DNA of 64,000 nt. It comes from the human T2T-CHM13v2.0 reference genome, Homo sapiens. Under the pieces are notes generated by a model. That model did no database searches. It worked only from the letters and a program-made list of their open reading frames with translations, and was not told the DNA's origin. The translations under genes were made by a program, and so were the position numbers. The stretch lies in NCBI RefSeq assembly GCF_009914755.1, contig NC_060939.1. One strand, given 5' to 3'. This document shows, in pieces, positions 36,601 to 52,269 of the stretch. Each line of letters opens with the position of its first letter. Position 1 is the stretch's first letter.

Positions 36601-39040
36601 TTAACCTTAAATGTAAATGGGCTAAATGTCCCAATTAAAAGACACAGACTGGCAAGCTGGATAAAGAGTCAAGACCCATCGGTGTGCTGTATTCAGGAGA
36701 CCCATTTCACATGCAAAGACACGCATAGGTTCAAAATAAAGGGATGGGGGAATATTTACCAAGCAAATGGAAAGGAAAAAAAAAGCAGGGGTTGCAATCC
36801 TAGTCTCTGATAAAACAGACTTTAAACCAACCAAGATAAAAAAAGACAAAGAAGGGCATTACATAATGGTAAAAGGATCAATGCAACAAGAAGAGCTTAC
36901 TATCCTAAATATATGTGTGCTCAATATAGGAGCACCCAGATTCATAAAACAAGTTCCTAAAGACCTATAAAGAGACTTAGACCCCCAAATAGTAATAGTG
37001 GGAGACTTTAACACCCCACTGTCAATATTAGACAGATCAATGAGACAGAAAATTAACAAGGATATTCAGGACTTGAACTCAGATCTGGACCAAGCAGACC
37101 TAATCAACATCTACAGAACTCTCCACCCCAAATCAACAGAGTATAAATTTTCTCAGCTGCACATAACATGTTTTCTAAAATCGACTACATAATTGGAAGT
37201 AAAACACTCCTCAGCAAATGCAAAAGAATGGAAATCATAACAAACAGTCTCTCATACCACAATGCAATCAAATTAGAATTCAGAATTAAGAAACTCACTC
37301 AAAATGGCACAACTACATGGAAATTGAACAACCTGCTCCTGAATGACTACTGGGTAAATAATTAAGTTAAGGGAGAAGTAAAGAAGTTCTTTGAAACCAA
37401 TGGGAACAAAGAGACAAAGTACCAGAATCTCTGGGACACAGCTAAAGCAGTATTAAGAGAGAAATTTATACCACTAAATGCCCACAAGAGAAAGCTGGAA
37501 AGATCTAAAACTGACACCCTAACATCACAATTAAAAGAACTAGAGAGGCAAGAGCAAACAAATTCAAAAGCTAGCAAAAGACAAGAAATAACTAAGATCA
37601 GAGCAGAGCTAAAGAAATAGAGACATGAAAAACCCTTCAAAAAATCAATTACTCCAGGAGCTGATTTTTTGAAAAGATTAACAAAATAGATGGACCACTA
37701 GCTAGACTAATAAAGAAGAAAAGAGAGAAAAATCAAGTAGACACAATAAAAAAATGATAGTCTTTAATCTTTGAGGCTGATGACCTTTGGATGGGGTTTC
37801 TGTGTGCAGCTTCTTTTTGTTGATGTTGATGTTGTTGCTTTCTGTTTGTTAGTTTTTCTCTTCTAACAGGCCCCTCTTCTGCAGGTCTGCTGCAGTTTGC
37901 TGGAGGTCTACTCCAGACCCTGTTTGCCTGGGTATCACCAGTGGAGGCTGCAGAACAGCAAAGATTGCTGCCTGCTCCTTCCTCTGGAAGCTTCGTCCCA
38001 GAGGGGCACCAGCCTGATGCCAGCCGGAGCTCTCCTGTATGTGGTGTCTGTCAGCCTCTACTGGGAGGTGTCTCCCAGTCAGAATACACAGGGGTCAGGG
38101 ACCCACTTGAGGAGGCAGTCTGTTCTTTAGTAGAGCTTGAGCACTGTGCTGGGAGAATCCTCCTTGTCAGGATCTGCTGCTCTCATCAGAGCCAGCAGGC
38201 AGGAACGTTTAAGTCCACTGAAGCTGTGCCCCTGACAGCCGCCCCTTCCCCCAGGTGCTCTGTACCAGGGAGATGGGAGCTTTATCTATAGCCCCCTGGC
38301 TGGGGCTGCTGCCTTTCTTTCAGAGATGCCCTGCCCAGTGAGGAGGAATCTAGAGAAGCAGTCTGGCCACAGCTGCTTTGCCATACTGTGGTGAGTTCTG
38401 CCCAGTCCAAACTTCCTGGCCTCCTTAGCACTGTCAGGGGAAAACTGCCTACTCAAACCTCAGTAATGGTGGATGCCCCACCCTCTACCAAGCTCAATCA
38501 TCCCAGGTCAACTTCAGACTGCTGTGCTGGCAGCAAGAATTTCAAGCCAGTGGTTCTTAGCTTGCTGGGGTCCGTGGGGGTGGGAGCTGCTGAGCAAGAC
38601 CTCTTGGCTTCCTAGCTTCAGGCCCCTTTCTGGAGGAGTGAACGGTTCTGTCTCTCTGGGGTTCCAGGCACCACTGGGGTATGGAAAACAACAACAACAA
38701 AAAAACTCCTGCAGCTAGCTCTGTGTCTGCCCTAACAACCATCCAGTTTTGTGCTTGAAACCCAGGGCCCTGGTAGTGTAGGCACATGAGGGAATCTCCT
38801 GTTCTGTGGATTGCAAAGACCGTGGGAAAAGCATAGTACCTGGGCTGGATAGCACAGTCCCTCACAGCTTCCCTTGGCTGGGGAGGGAGGTCCCCGGCTG
38901 CTTGCACTTCCTGGGGGAGGTGATGCCCCACCCTGATTCTGCTCACCCTCTGTGGGCTGCACCCACTGCCTAAACAGTCTCAATGAGATGAAGTGGGTAC
39001 CTCAGCTATTCCTATTCAGCCATCTTGCCAAATCTCTCTA
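33626..39040 (-). mobile_element. Near full-length L1PA (L1PA8-like) with an internal RT deletion (~34878) and an internal inversion (35457-37759)
   Basis: 3' UTR/ORF2 on minus 33626-35446; ORF1 (ATG 35478) and ORF2 start (ATG 36571, MTGSNAHITILTLNVNGLN) on plus; 5' UTR on minus 37761-39040 ending cagccatcttg. Confidence 0.92.
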
Positions 39041-39049
39041 TTATCTTTT

Positions 39050-39510
39050 ATAGGAAAAAACTTTCTGAAGATGACATCAGACTCAAGAAGCCAAGTAGGA
39101 AAAGACTGATAAATCTGAAGATGTAAAAATTAAGATCCTTTACTCAGAAAAAGAAAAGTACAATAAAAAAATAAAAAATAATTTGAGCAAAATATTTGTG
39201 ATACATGATGAACAATGGTTAAGTGTTCCTAGTAAACAAAGAAGTCATCAATCTGAAACAATCAACAGCAGTAAAAAATAGGATAAGCATCTCACGGAAA
39301 AAAGAAATACTAAGAGCAAATAAACACATGAAAACATGCACAACCTCATTCTGAGGAAATGAAAAACAGAACTAATGGCTGACTACAAGATTTAAAAACT
39401 GGTGATACACAATGTTGATGAGGATGTGTAAAACAGTCACTCCCATGGATCATTCATTGGAAAATATATCAGAGTAATCCTGTTGGAGGACAATTTTGCA
39501 ATATCTACAC
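39050..39510 (+). mobile_element. Old L1M remnant
   Basis: A-rich ORF2 3' motifs (taaacacatgaaaacatgc, tgttgatgaggatgtg). Confidence 0.55.
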
Positions 39511-40092
39511 TTAGTAATTTATTGTTCTCACCAAAGTACATGGAGGTGTATTATGGTTTGAGTATATGGAGGCTGTAGAGCCCTCGGAGTATGGAGCCCG
39601 ATGCCAGGGATCAGATAATAGCTCAGCAACTTCTGAGGTATGTGACTGTGGCAAGCTAAGAGCCTTACCTGGGAAGTGGAGATAAGTATGTTTTTACCTC
39701 AAAATGCTGGTGTGAGGATCTGATATATTTATACACTTTAGAGAAATGCTTGGCACTTTGGAACATTAATCTAAAGAAAACATCCAACTGCTCACGAGTA
39801 GAGTGCTAAGAAGGAAGAGCTTGGCCTCATAGTTGGATGGCTGCCACGTTCCCTGAAAGTGAATGAAGCAAACCTCTCTCTGACTGGGAGGCTGATGTCT
39901 TTACTTCATTAAGTCCTGGGGCATCTCATGTTCCAGGATAGCATCACTTTCCACGTTTCTTCCTTTTTCATGCATAAGAATTTTAGCTAGCGGAGAGTAA
40001 GGCAAGTGACCATTTCAAAGACAGGCATTTTACTAAATGGTGGCCACTGAAAGCTTGATTCCTGTGCTGTTTTCTGGTACTTTTTGTCTTAA

Positions 40093-40297
40093 AGCAGGAT
40101 TTCTCAACACTGGCACTATTGACATTTTGGGCTGGATAATTCTTTGTTGAGGGGGCTGTGCTGTCCATTGTAGGATGTTTAGCAGCATTCCTGATCTTGA
40201 TCCACTAAATGCCCCAAGTTCTGACAACCAAAAGTGTTTTCAGATATTGTCAAATGTCCCTTGGGAGTGAAATCACCCTTGGTTGAGGATCACTGGG
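40093..40297. mobile_element. MER20 DNA transposon
   Basis: ttctcaacactggcactattgacattttgggctggataattctttgttg..gttgaggatcactg. Confidence 0.85.
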
Positions 40298-40436
40298 TTT
40301 TAGAGGTTTGGAATGAAAAAAAAAAATGATTCTCCCGTTGGAAGCAGAGACTGTAGTTCAGATTATGAACCAGTTAGATGATTTCCCTTCTTAAGCATGA
40401 ATTCAGACTGCATTGCCTTTGAAAATTAATGTTTGG

Positions 40437-40437
40437 G

Positions 40438-40465
<28 letters not shown>
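40437..40465. repeat. (TG)n microsatellite
   Basis: Directly visible. Confidence 0.95.
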
Positions 40466-40469
<4 letters not shown>

Positions 40470-40610
40470 ATTACGGTTAACAGTTATCCACTGGGCCCTA
40501 GGATGAATAAGGAAGCATAGCTTCACCTTATTCTCGACAAAGTCCTTAAGAGGGTCCAGATTATGTTCCATCACACTTTCATGCTTCTGAATTCCACTTA
40601 AAAAAAATAG

Positions 40611-40910
<300 letters not shown>

Positions 40911-41970
40911 TTATTTTGAATTAGCAATATATTCCCATGGTTCAAAATTGAAGCAATATAAATGAGTGTAGAGTGAAAAGTTTCTCTCTCATCCCTGTCT
41001 CCAGATATCTGGGTCCTGCCCATGAGAAAGCCACATGAACAGGTTCTTTGTTTATCCTTCCAAATATATTTTTTGCATACACAAATATGTATATTTGTAT
41101 TTATAACATATTTGTATATTTCCCTTGTATATTTGTATATTTCCCTATCTCATCCCCCCCTTTTTTAACAAAAACAGGTCATACACTGAACATACATGTG
41201 TTCACCCAGACTCTTCTATGTGCATATGTTATCTCTTCACCACTGCTTCCTTTCTAAGAGAACTCCGATTTTGTGCAGTTCTTCAGCACCATACCCTTTC
41301 CCCTACCTACCCACAAACACACTTCATGGAATCCATGTGACTCAGGGGAAGTGGATTCCACCCCCAGATCTGGGAGTAGCTGGTCAAAGGGTGACCCATT
41401 CTCTTTGCCAGAGGTCAGTTCAGAAAGGGGCATGAAACCCAACTCAGGCCAATGGACATGCTGAGAATTTTGCTGGGCTTTCCAGGGAATTTTTTTTTTT
41501 CTCCTGAGAGAGCTGTGGAAGAAGTCTCTTTTGCCTCCTCTGGACACCACTATGGGGAGAAGTAAAGATGGGGCAGACACTTGAGGGATGGCCCGGAAGA
41601 AACTGGAGCGCCTGGATTAAGCCAATCCTGAAGTCTGCACGACTGCTGTCCTTTCAGGCAGAGGAAAGATGGGTGATGTCACTATTAGCAGTCTAGGGTG
41701 AGGTGACAAGTCAGTGAAGCCATTTCAAATCCAAGTCTGGTGTGGCTTGAAGGCTTTTGGTTTACAACGGTAAAATCAGTTCTCCGATGTGTAGCATTTT
41801 ACAGTACAAACGGTGCTCCCACATTCAGGTTTCATTGAGAGTAAATACGCCAGGCAAGGCCTCTGTGCCCACTGCACAGATGAGGAAAAGGAGACATGGA
41901 GGGGAAAGTCTTGTTTAAGGACACATATCCTGTAAGAGGCAGAACTGGAATCCAACCCCAAGTTTGTTTC

Positions 41971-42422
41971 TGTTACCGAAACACCGGGAGTTTGGTCTGG
42001 GTCCTGCGGCTCACAGAACAGAAAGCCAATGACTGAGACGATGAGTATTGCCAAGGACGAAGGCTTTAGTCGGGTTCTGCAGCAGAGGAGATGGGAACTC
42101 AGTCTCAAATGCATCTCCCTGACTAACTAAAACTAGGGGTTTATATGGCAGGGAAGCAATGTAACCGTGTGTAAGAAAACGGGAACTAGGGAGGGGCAAG
42201 GAAGCAATCATGGTGAATGAGGGGTCCCACATCTTATTGTCTGATGTGACGGTCTGGTGAATTTCAGTTCTTTGGTACTTTTTTTGAGATCTGAAGCTCC
42301 TTTCCTGAGGAAGGAACTCGGATAAAACAAATATAAGTTTCAAGCTTTAAGACTAGAAGGGTGAATTTCTATGTTTATCAAAAGAAAAAAAAACTGTCTA
42401 TGGGACAATTGCATTGGTTTTA
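41971..42422 (-). mobile_element. ERV1-class solo LTR (LTR15-like) adjoining a MIR remnant
   Basis: Begins TGTTACCGAAACACC on plus; minus strand reads caattgtcccatagacagttt..gataaacatagaaatt; subfamily from memory. Confidence 0.65.
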
Positions 42423-43500
42423 TTTAAACATCAAGGTTATTTTCTCCCAAACCACCAGATACTCTGGCTGGAGGCATTCATACCCACAGATGCATGCCAA
42501 GTGTTGACTCTACCCTCAGGAGCAGCAGGACCAGGAAGCTCTGGGAGGTCAGGACACAGGAGAGAGGCAGGAAGAGCCCCCGCAGGACCTACTGTGGTGG
42601 CCGAGACTGCTACAGCCATATGACCTCCGACTGTGCCCAGTTCCTTTTAGCATGTCCTCAAGAGTCAGTGCCTCGGAGCAAATGGGCTGACCTCTGGACT
42701 ACACTGGGGAAGAGAGAAAAGGAGGTCCTCCCTGTTGCCCAATGGAAGATTCCTCAAGATGGAGATTGAGCTGCTCTTCTAGGGCACCCGAAGGGCAAAT
42801 GTCCCCATCGTCTCTAAGGCTCCAGCCAGCTCCAAACACTCTGGGTGGTAAATAGACTGAATCCCCTTTAGTGACCTCTCTCACTGGCAATGTTTTTTTT
42901 CTCTTTTTTCTTACAATAGTTGAATTGATCAAAAAAGAACTCAATCTCAAAGGTGAGAGTAGAGTTGATGATGGGGTCAGGGAGCTGACCTCAATCGAAA
43001 GTTGAGAAGAAAAGCATGTGTGAATAACAACATCCTTGGTTTAGAATTTACTTACAAAGCTTCAGCTGAGCTTATGAATGTGTCATTTGGATATTTGCTG
43101 GGCTTCGCACACACCCCTTCAGTTTCTACACAGGGCCAGGCATATCACAATGGTGTGGTTGCATTTTGTTTTTAATGTTAGGTTCATTTTTTATAGATCC
43201 TAAAACACAAAACGGGATTCGGGAGTGTGAATTTACTTGAACCAAACTGAAAAAAGGTTTTCTCAACCTCTGCAAAATGAAGCTGCAGAATTCACAACAG
43301 TTTTAATTATAACACACTAAATAGATACAATAAGTGGCTCTTTGCTCTGACGTTGAAATCTCTACCTATTTTTATCTCCAGGCAAATAACAGGCGGCTGG
43401 GGAAAGTTACTACATTATGAGTGGGTTATTGAATCTCTGAGCATCAACAACCTCTATGTCATTACACTGCATTGTATGCTAAAGAAAATCATTGTATCCA

Positions 43501-43837
<337 letters not shown>

Positions 43838-44541
43838 TCATTGTATTCAAAAATACCAAGATGAGCAAAAATATTTCAAGATTTCTTAGAAGAAATTTGC
43901 TTCCCATAGGCAAAGGAAAACTAAGCACATTAAAACTACTGCTCTAAAGTAACTTTAAAGCATAATTCTCCCCTTGAGTTTCAGGAAAGACCTGGAAAGA
44001 GGGGCAAGACTTTCCCTTTCTCACCTTGCCATGACCTCCAGGGCCTTGTAGCTCAGGCTTTGAAAATGAAGGTCACCATAATTACTATTACAACCCAGAT
44101 CTGGAGGAAGGTGGAGAACCTTGAACAGAGCCCACCAGAAGTGGCTGGCTGGGGTCCCAGTGGGCTGCAGGGCCAGGGAAGGCCCTGCGGTTGCTGCCCC
44201 ACCTGCCTGCTCTTGGCCTCACTTCTTTGCTTCTCCTCTGGAAGATTCTATCAGAATTGCTTTGTGCTCAGGAATGGGCCTATGATGAAGAGTCTGGCTC
44301 ACTTTTTCCTCTGTACTTTGGGATTACATCATGGAACCCAATATCCTGAGCAAGCATAAGAAAGGGAGGGGAAAGTGGATGAATCTGATGTAAGAAGAAA
44401 ACAGACACTCATATTTTCACTCAATTTTCAAAGCAATCCACACTACAGATGAGGAAACTGAGATTTATGGACGTGAAGAGACTTGCTGAAAACCACAGTT
44501 TGGTGGCTGAAGCTGGTTTGAATTTTATTCTAACACAAATC

Positions 44542-44835
<294 letters not shown>

Positions 44836-44849
44836 CAAATATTTTTACT

Positions 44850-47800
44850 GTATTTTATTTTTTATTTTTGTTGGTACATAGTAGGTGTATATATATATGG
44901 GGTACATGAGATATTCTGATACAGGCATGCAATCCATAATAATCACATCAGGGAACATGACATAGCCATTATGTCAAGCATTTATCATTGCTTTGTGGTA
45001 CAAAAATTCCAATAATACTACTTTAGATATTTTTATATGTACAATAAATGATTGTTAACTATAGTCACCCTGTTGTGCTATCAAATATGCGATCTTATTA
45101 ATTCTATCTAACCATATTTTTGTAGCTATTAACCATCTTCCCTCTCCTCCTTCCCAGCCTCTGGTAACCATCATTCTACTATCTCCATGAATTTAATTGT
45201 TTTAATTTTTAGCTCCCACAAATGAGTGAGAGCAGGTCAAGTTTGTCTTTCTGTGCCTGGCTTGTTTCATTTAACATAATGACCTCCAGTTTCATCCACA
45301 GTGTTGCAAATGACAGAATCTCACTCTTTTTTATGGCTGAATAGAGTACTCCACTGTGTATGTGTACGACATTTTCTTTATCCATTTGTCTGTTGATGGA
45401 CACTTAGGTTGCTTCCAAATCTTGGCTATTGTGAATAACACTTCAATAAATGAGAATGCAGATATATCTTCAATATACTGATTTCCTTTCTTTGGGGTAT
45501 ATACTGGCAGTGGGATTGCTGGATCATATGGTAGTTCTGTTTTTAGTCTTTTTTGAGGAACCTCCATACTTTTCCCCATAGTGGCTGTATTAATTTACAT
45601 TCCCACCAACTAACTCAAATCTGTAAATTATACCATGAGGATGTCTAAATCAAGGGGGCGATTTTTGCAGTTTCTACAAGAAAATCATTGAGTAGTTCAC
45701 CTAACTTGATTGGCAAATTCAGTCAAATGACTGTACAAGTTTTATATAAATGTAGTCTCATGTTAAACATTTAAATCATGTGTTACCATAAACAATTATT
45801 AAATCACTTGAAGATGTTTGAGAACTAAATAGGATATTTCTTCATGATATATGCTTTAAAAAGTTTTAATTGCGGTAAAATACACATGACAAAACTTTAC
45901 CATTTTAACAATTTTAAGTGTACAGTTCTCTAGTGTTAAGTATATCCACATTAATGGGTAACCAGTCTCTAGGACTTATCTCATAAAACTGAAACTATAC
46001 CTATTAAACAACAACCCCTCATTTTCCCTTCTCCCCAGCTTCTGGCAAACACAATTCCACCTTCTGTTTCTATAGCTGACTACTCTAGAGAGGTCATATG
46101 AATGGGATCATTCGGTATTTGTCCTTTTGGATTGGCGTATTTCACTTAGCATAATGTCCTTAAGGTTCATCCACGTTGTAGCACGTGTCAGAATTGTCCT
46201 CCTTTTTAAGGCTGAATAATATTCCGTTGTATGCATAGACCACATTTTGCTTAGCCATTCTTCTGTCGATAGACAGGTGAGTTGTTGCCATCTTTTGGCG
46301 ATTGTGAACATTGCTGCTATGAACATGATTGTACAAATATCTCTTTGCAATCTTTTCAATTATTTGGTTATATACCCAGAAGTGGAGTTGCTGTATCATA
46401 TGGTAATTCTGTATTTAATTTTTTAAGAAGCTGCCATAGCGTTGTTCAAAACTGCTGCACCATTTTACATTGCCAACAACAGGGCACAAAAAATTGAATT
46501 TCTCTGCATTCTCTACAACACTTGCTATTTTCTGGGTTTTTTTTGCAAGCAGTTATTCTAATGGGTATGAGGTGGTATCTCACGGTGGTTTTAATTTGCA
46601 TTTCTTTATTGATCAGTGATGTTGAGCATCTTTGACTATGCTTGTTGTACACTTACATACATTATTTGGATAGCTGTCTGTTCAAGTCCATTGCCCATTT
46701 CTAAGCTGGGTTATCTTTTTGTTGTTGTTGAGTTGTAGGAGGTCATTATATATTCCGGATACTAACCCTTTGTCAGATGTATGATTTGCAAATATTATCT
46801 CCCATTCCATAGGTTGCCTTTTCATTCTGTTGACTGTTTCATTCTGTTGACTTTTGTCTTTTGACAGACAAAAGTTTTTAATTTTGATATAATTTATCTA
46901 TTTTTACTTTTGTTGCCTGTGCTTTTGGTGTCATAGCCAAGAAATCATTGCCAAACTCAGTATCAAGAAGATTTTCCTCTATGTTTTCTTCTCAGGCTTA
47001 TATAGTTTTGGCTCTTACATTTGGGTCTTTGATCGATTTTGTGTTAATTTTTGTATATAGTATAAGGAAAGCATCCAATTCATTATTTTTTGCATGTGGC
47101 TATCCAGTTTTCCTAGCATCATTTGTGGAAAAGACTGTTCTCCCCCTTTGAATGATCTTGGCACTCTTGTTGAAAATCATTTAACCATATATGGGAGGGA
47201 GGGTTTATTTCTGGGCTCTCTATTCAATTCCACTGATTCATATGTGTGTCTTTATGCCATAAAGGTACTATGGCTTTGTAATAAATTTGGAAATCAAGAA
47301 ATATGAGACCTCCAACTTTGTTATTCTTTTTCAAGACTGTTTTGGCTATTCAAGATCCTTTGAAATACCATACGAATTTTAGGATGAATTTTTTTTTTAA
47401 TTTCTGTGAAACATCCATGAGATTTTGACAAGGATTGCACAAAATGTGTAGATTGCTCTGGTTAGTATGGACTTCTTAACTATATTCAGTCTTTAAATAT
47501 AAGAACATGTACTGTATTTCCATTTATTTGTATCTTCTTTAATTTCTTTCAGAAACACTTTGTAGTTTTCAGTGTACAAGTCTTTTGCCTCTTGGTTAAT
47601 TCTGAGTATTTTATTCTTTTTGATTCTATTAGAAATGGAATTGTTTTCTTAGTTTCCTCTTCTGACTGTTCATTTTAGTGTATGATAATGCAACTGATTT
47701 TTATATGTTGATTTTATATTCTGTATATTCTGCATCTTTGCTGAATTTGTTTATTAGTTCTAATAGTTTGTGGAATCTTTAGGGGTTTCTACATATAAGA

Positions 47801-47858
47801 TCATGTCTGTGAACAGACATAATTTTACTTCTTCCTTTCTGGTTTGGATGCCTTTATG
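44850..47858 (-). mobile_element. Two antisense L1M 3' fragments (~44850-45610, ~45860-47858)
   Basis: Peptides [38 protein letters not shown] on minus strand. Confidence 0.88.
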
Positions 47859-47859
47859 A

Positions 47860-48164
47860 TTTTTTTTTTTTTTTTTTTGAGACAGGGTCCCACTCTGTCA
47901 CCTGGCTAGAGTGCAACGGCTCAAACACGGCCCACTTCAGCTTTGAACTTCTGGGCTTAAGTCGTCCTCCCACCTCAGCCTCCCAAGTAGCTGGGACTAC
48001 AGGCACTTGCCACCATGTCCAGTTAATTTTTTTAAAAATTTTTTATAGAGATGGGGGTCTTGCTATGTTGCCCAGGCTGGTCTTGAACTCCTGGGCTCAA
48101 GCAATCTCCCTGCCTTGGCCTCCTAAAGTGTTGGGATTACAGGCTGAGCCACCGTACCTGGCCT
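47860..48164 (-). mobile_element. Alu (AluJ-like)
   Basis: Reverse-complement Alu consensus. Confidence 0.9.
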
Positions 48165-49402
48165 ATGATGCATTTTTATTGAAAGAAAAACAGACACCAT
48201 TATTTTGCATTACAAAATATAAAACAGAAGAAATTTCACAGCCAATCAAACGGGAGTTTAGAATTGGATCCTCCTGCACTTTCCCCTACACTTCTTTCAA
48301 AGCTGCCTTCCTCTGCAAGGCTTCTGCCTCACCTCTGATCACCCACAACCTGAGCTCTGAGCACCCACACCTCACCTCTGAGCACTATGACCCATCTGGA
48401 TGGAGCTACTGCACGGTCAGTGTGGGAACATCTCTGAGGAAGATGCATTGTCTTCTGTGGAGTTACCTAAAAACACTGGGGCATGTTCTCCTAACTGCCT
48501 TCACTTAGTCTAAAGATGAAGCAATTCAACAAAAGTACATGTAAACCTCAAAACTGGACTTGGAGTTTTAAAGATCAATGGACTCTATTGTCTATTGTCT
48601 GGATGGTTTGGGGGTTTCCTAGCTCATTTTTTTTTCTTTTATGGTATAGACACCTGAAGGCTCTTTGCTCAGTACTCCTCACTGTGTGGCTGCCTTCCAC
48701 TGCAGACGCTGTGCTGAAGGTTGGGTTCTGGCCACTCTGTTTACACCCTTTTGGACTTGAGGCTTGCCTGTTGGTTCCCTGAAACGTGGACTCTGGATCT
48801 GGGTGCTAACCAATTCCCTTTCTTTCCAGGCCGGGGTCCTGAGACCTCACTGTAATGAGAGACTGTGACCTCTTTTCTCATGTCTCAGGCAGGCTATGAT
48901 GCCTTTTCTAGTTAAGGACCGTGTTGAACCAGGTGAAATCGCCATTTTTGTTGGCTGTTTTTGTCCTGCAAAACTGACAATTTCATGTCCTTAAATTTAA
49001 TACCTTTGGAGTAGAAACTACCTATTGTTGTCCAATAGAGGAAACAAAGTTTCTTCCTGAAAGCATTTGTCTGAACAAAACAGTATTTGTTTTATCTGCA
49101 TTTCCCCTTCATTCACTTGTATCATTCAGGGACTTGCACATCTCAGTCACATGTGTGACGCACTCACATGTATGGCTCCAATCCCATCTTCACGGCACAG
49201 AGAACTAAATTCTCTCCCACCTTCCCGTGGAGAGCCCTCTGTCCTCATCATCACTGGTTCCTTTCTTCTGGATCCTTCCACCTCAATTATGTTTCTCTGA
49301 GGGTGCAATGACAAGAATAAAATGAAATTTTGTTCTTGTTCAGTTAAGTAATAAATTGTCATTTCTTCCATTTTCTCTTTGACTAAAGATGTATTAGCTT
49401 TA

Positions 49403-49534
49403 TTATTATTTTTTAAATAGAGACAATGTCTCAATATGTTGCCCAGGCTGGCCTTGAACTCCTGAGCTTCAGTGATCCTCTCGCCTCGGCCTCCCAAAGT
49501 GCTAGGTTTACAGGTGTGAGCCACCACGCCCGGT
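49403..49534 (-). mobile_element. Alu monomer (FLAM-like) with TSD
   Basis: Single left arm; AAAGATGTATTAGCTTTA on both sides. Confidence 0.85.
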
Positions 49535-49936
49535 AAAAGATGTATTAGCTTTAAACAAAGTTAAAATTTCTTCTCAGTTGTGTAAAAATCACAGAAGAAT
49601 GCAGCATGTCCTCTAAGTGTCAGCCTGTGTGGGGCTGAAAAAACAGTGGAGTCCTTTGTTCACTGTCTTAGGAGTCTTTGGGATTTCTGTTGATCCACAG
49701 ACTTGCATAAAGAGTTTGCCATGATGACAGGGCCTCTGCACATGATGTGAGGATGTGGACCCCCTTTCCTCCCCACAGCCAGTGCCGGCCCGACTCATAA
49801 AAGCTCAAAGATCCAGTGAGACCAGCCTCAGTCAGATCAGCCCATCCATGAGTGGGGGTTGTTGTTATATATATTTATGCTCCATCTCACTGCCAAAGAG
49901 GGATTTGGGGTGGATTATAGAAATGCATACAACAGG

Positions 49937-50326
<390 letters not shown>

Positions 50327-50419
50327 TTAAGATGAAGTCATTTGTTTCTTTTTGCCTATTCATATTTTGAGTTTTCTCTTTTCTTATTGATTTGTAGGAG
50401 TTACTTGTATATTCTAGAT

Positions 50420-50910
<491 letters not shown>

Positions 50911-51017
50911 GTATATTAATCCCTTGTCAATTTTATTCATTTCAAATATCTTCTTCGAGAAAATTGTTCTCTGCTAACTTTGATTAAGATGTCTTCACTG
51001 AACAGAAATGTTTAGGC

Positions 51018-51480
51018 TTTTTTGAGACAGGGTCTTGCTCTGTTGCCCAGGCTGTAGTGCAGTGGTACAACCATAGCTTACTGTAACCTTGAATTCCTGG
51101 GCTCAAGCAATCCTCTTGCTTCAGCCTCCCAAGTAGCTAGAAGTATAGGCATGCACCACAATGCCTGGTCAATTTAAAAATTTTGTAGAGATGGTGTTTC
51201 ACTGTGTTGCCAGTCTTCCTACCTCAGCTCACGAGTTCTCACGAGATCTGATGGTTTAAAAGTGTGTGGCACTTCCCCCTTTGCTGTCTCTCCTGCTCCA
51301 CCATGGTAACACGTGCCTGCTTCCCCTTCGTTTTCCACCATGATTGTAAATTTCCTGAGGCCTCTGAACCATGCTTCCTGTACAGCCTGTAGGACTATGA
51401 GTCAATTAAATCTCTTTTCTTCATAAATTACCTAGCCTCAGTTAGTTCTTTATAGCAGTGTGACAATGGACTAATACACC
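51018..51480. mobile_element. Partial antisense Alu (51018-51215) abutting an MST/THE1-type LTR 3' half (~51230-51478)
   Basis: Alu consensus; gagatctgatggtttaaaag..ccatgattgtaa..ttctttatagcagtgtga..ggactaataca. Confidence 0.8.
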
Positions 51481-52255
51481 TTAAATGTTTAGTTTTTATA
51501 TGGTTGTGTTCATCATATTTTGCCCTGTAATATGTGCATTTGGAGTCTTGTTTAAGAAATCTCCTCCCTGAGGTCTCAGAGATATTTCCCCTCACCTTTT
51601 GGTATCTGGGTTGTGGATTTCCTTTTCATATGTGGGTAGTGAATCCAATAGGACTTTGCCTTTGCTACACAGCGTGAGGCAGGGATCCAACCCTATGCTC
51701 TCCATCTAGTGAGGGGTTTTCCCCATCATTGCTGTTAACAGATTCATCTACACATCCATCGTCTCCCCACAGGTCTTGTGTGCCACTGCTTTCCTGTGCC
51801 CATCCAAGGTCCATGAGGGCAATTTTGGGCTCTTGCAGGCTGCATCCATCTCTTTATGTTTCCTCTGCCAGGACCAAATTGTCTTATCACTCTGACTTTG
51901 TGCAACGACTTCACGCAGGGAGAGTGCTCTATTCTCCCTCACTCTTGTGTTGCCAAATGTTCATAGCTCTTCTAGGACCTTGCTCATCTAGATTCACTTT
52001 AAAATCTATCTTTTTGAGTTTCTCAAAATGTGTATAGAAAATCAGCAGTCACTCACTAATGAAATACTCTCTTTTAAGTGAAAAATAATATATGTGCTGT
52101 GAAGCTCCGTGATCTACTTTAAACCTAGGAATGAAGTTCCAAGTGTTAACGGTGATTTAAAATCCATTCCATTGAGTTTCGGTTTGTCTGGGGCATCAGT
52201 AAATGCTCATTTCCAAAAGTGCTTTGCCTTTGAAGGCTACTAATGCATGCAGTGT

Positions 52256-52269
52256 GTTGCCATGGCAAC
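52256..52269. promoter_or_regulatory. Perfect palindromic RFX X-box motif
   Basis: GTTGCCATGGCAAC. Confidence 0.5.

Noticed and set aside
35433-37365. L1 ORF1/ORF2 fragments as functional CDS
   Set aside because: Multiple stops and frameshifts; element rearranged and inactive
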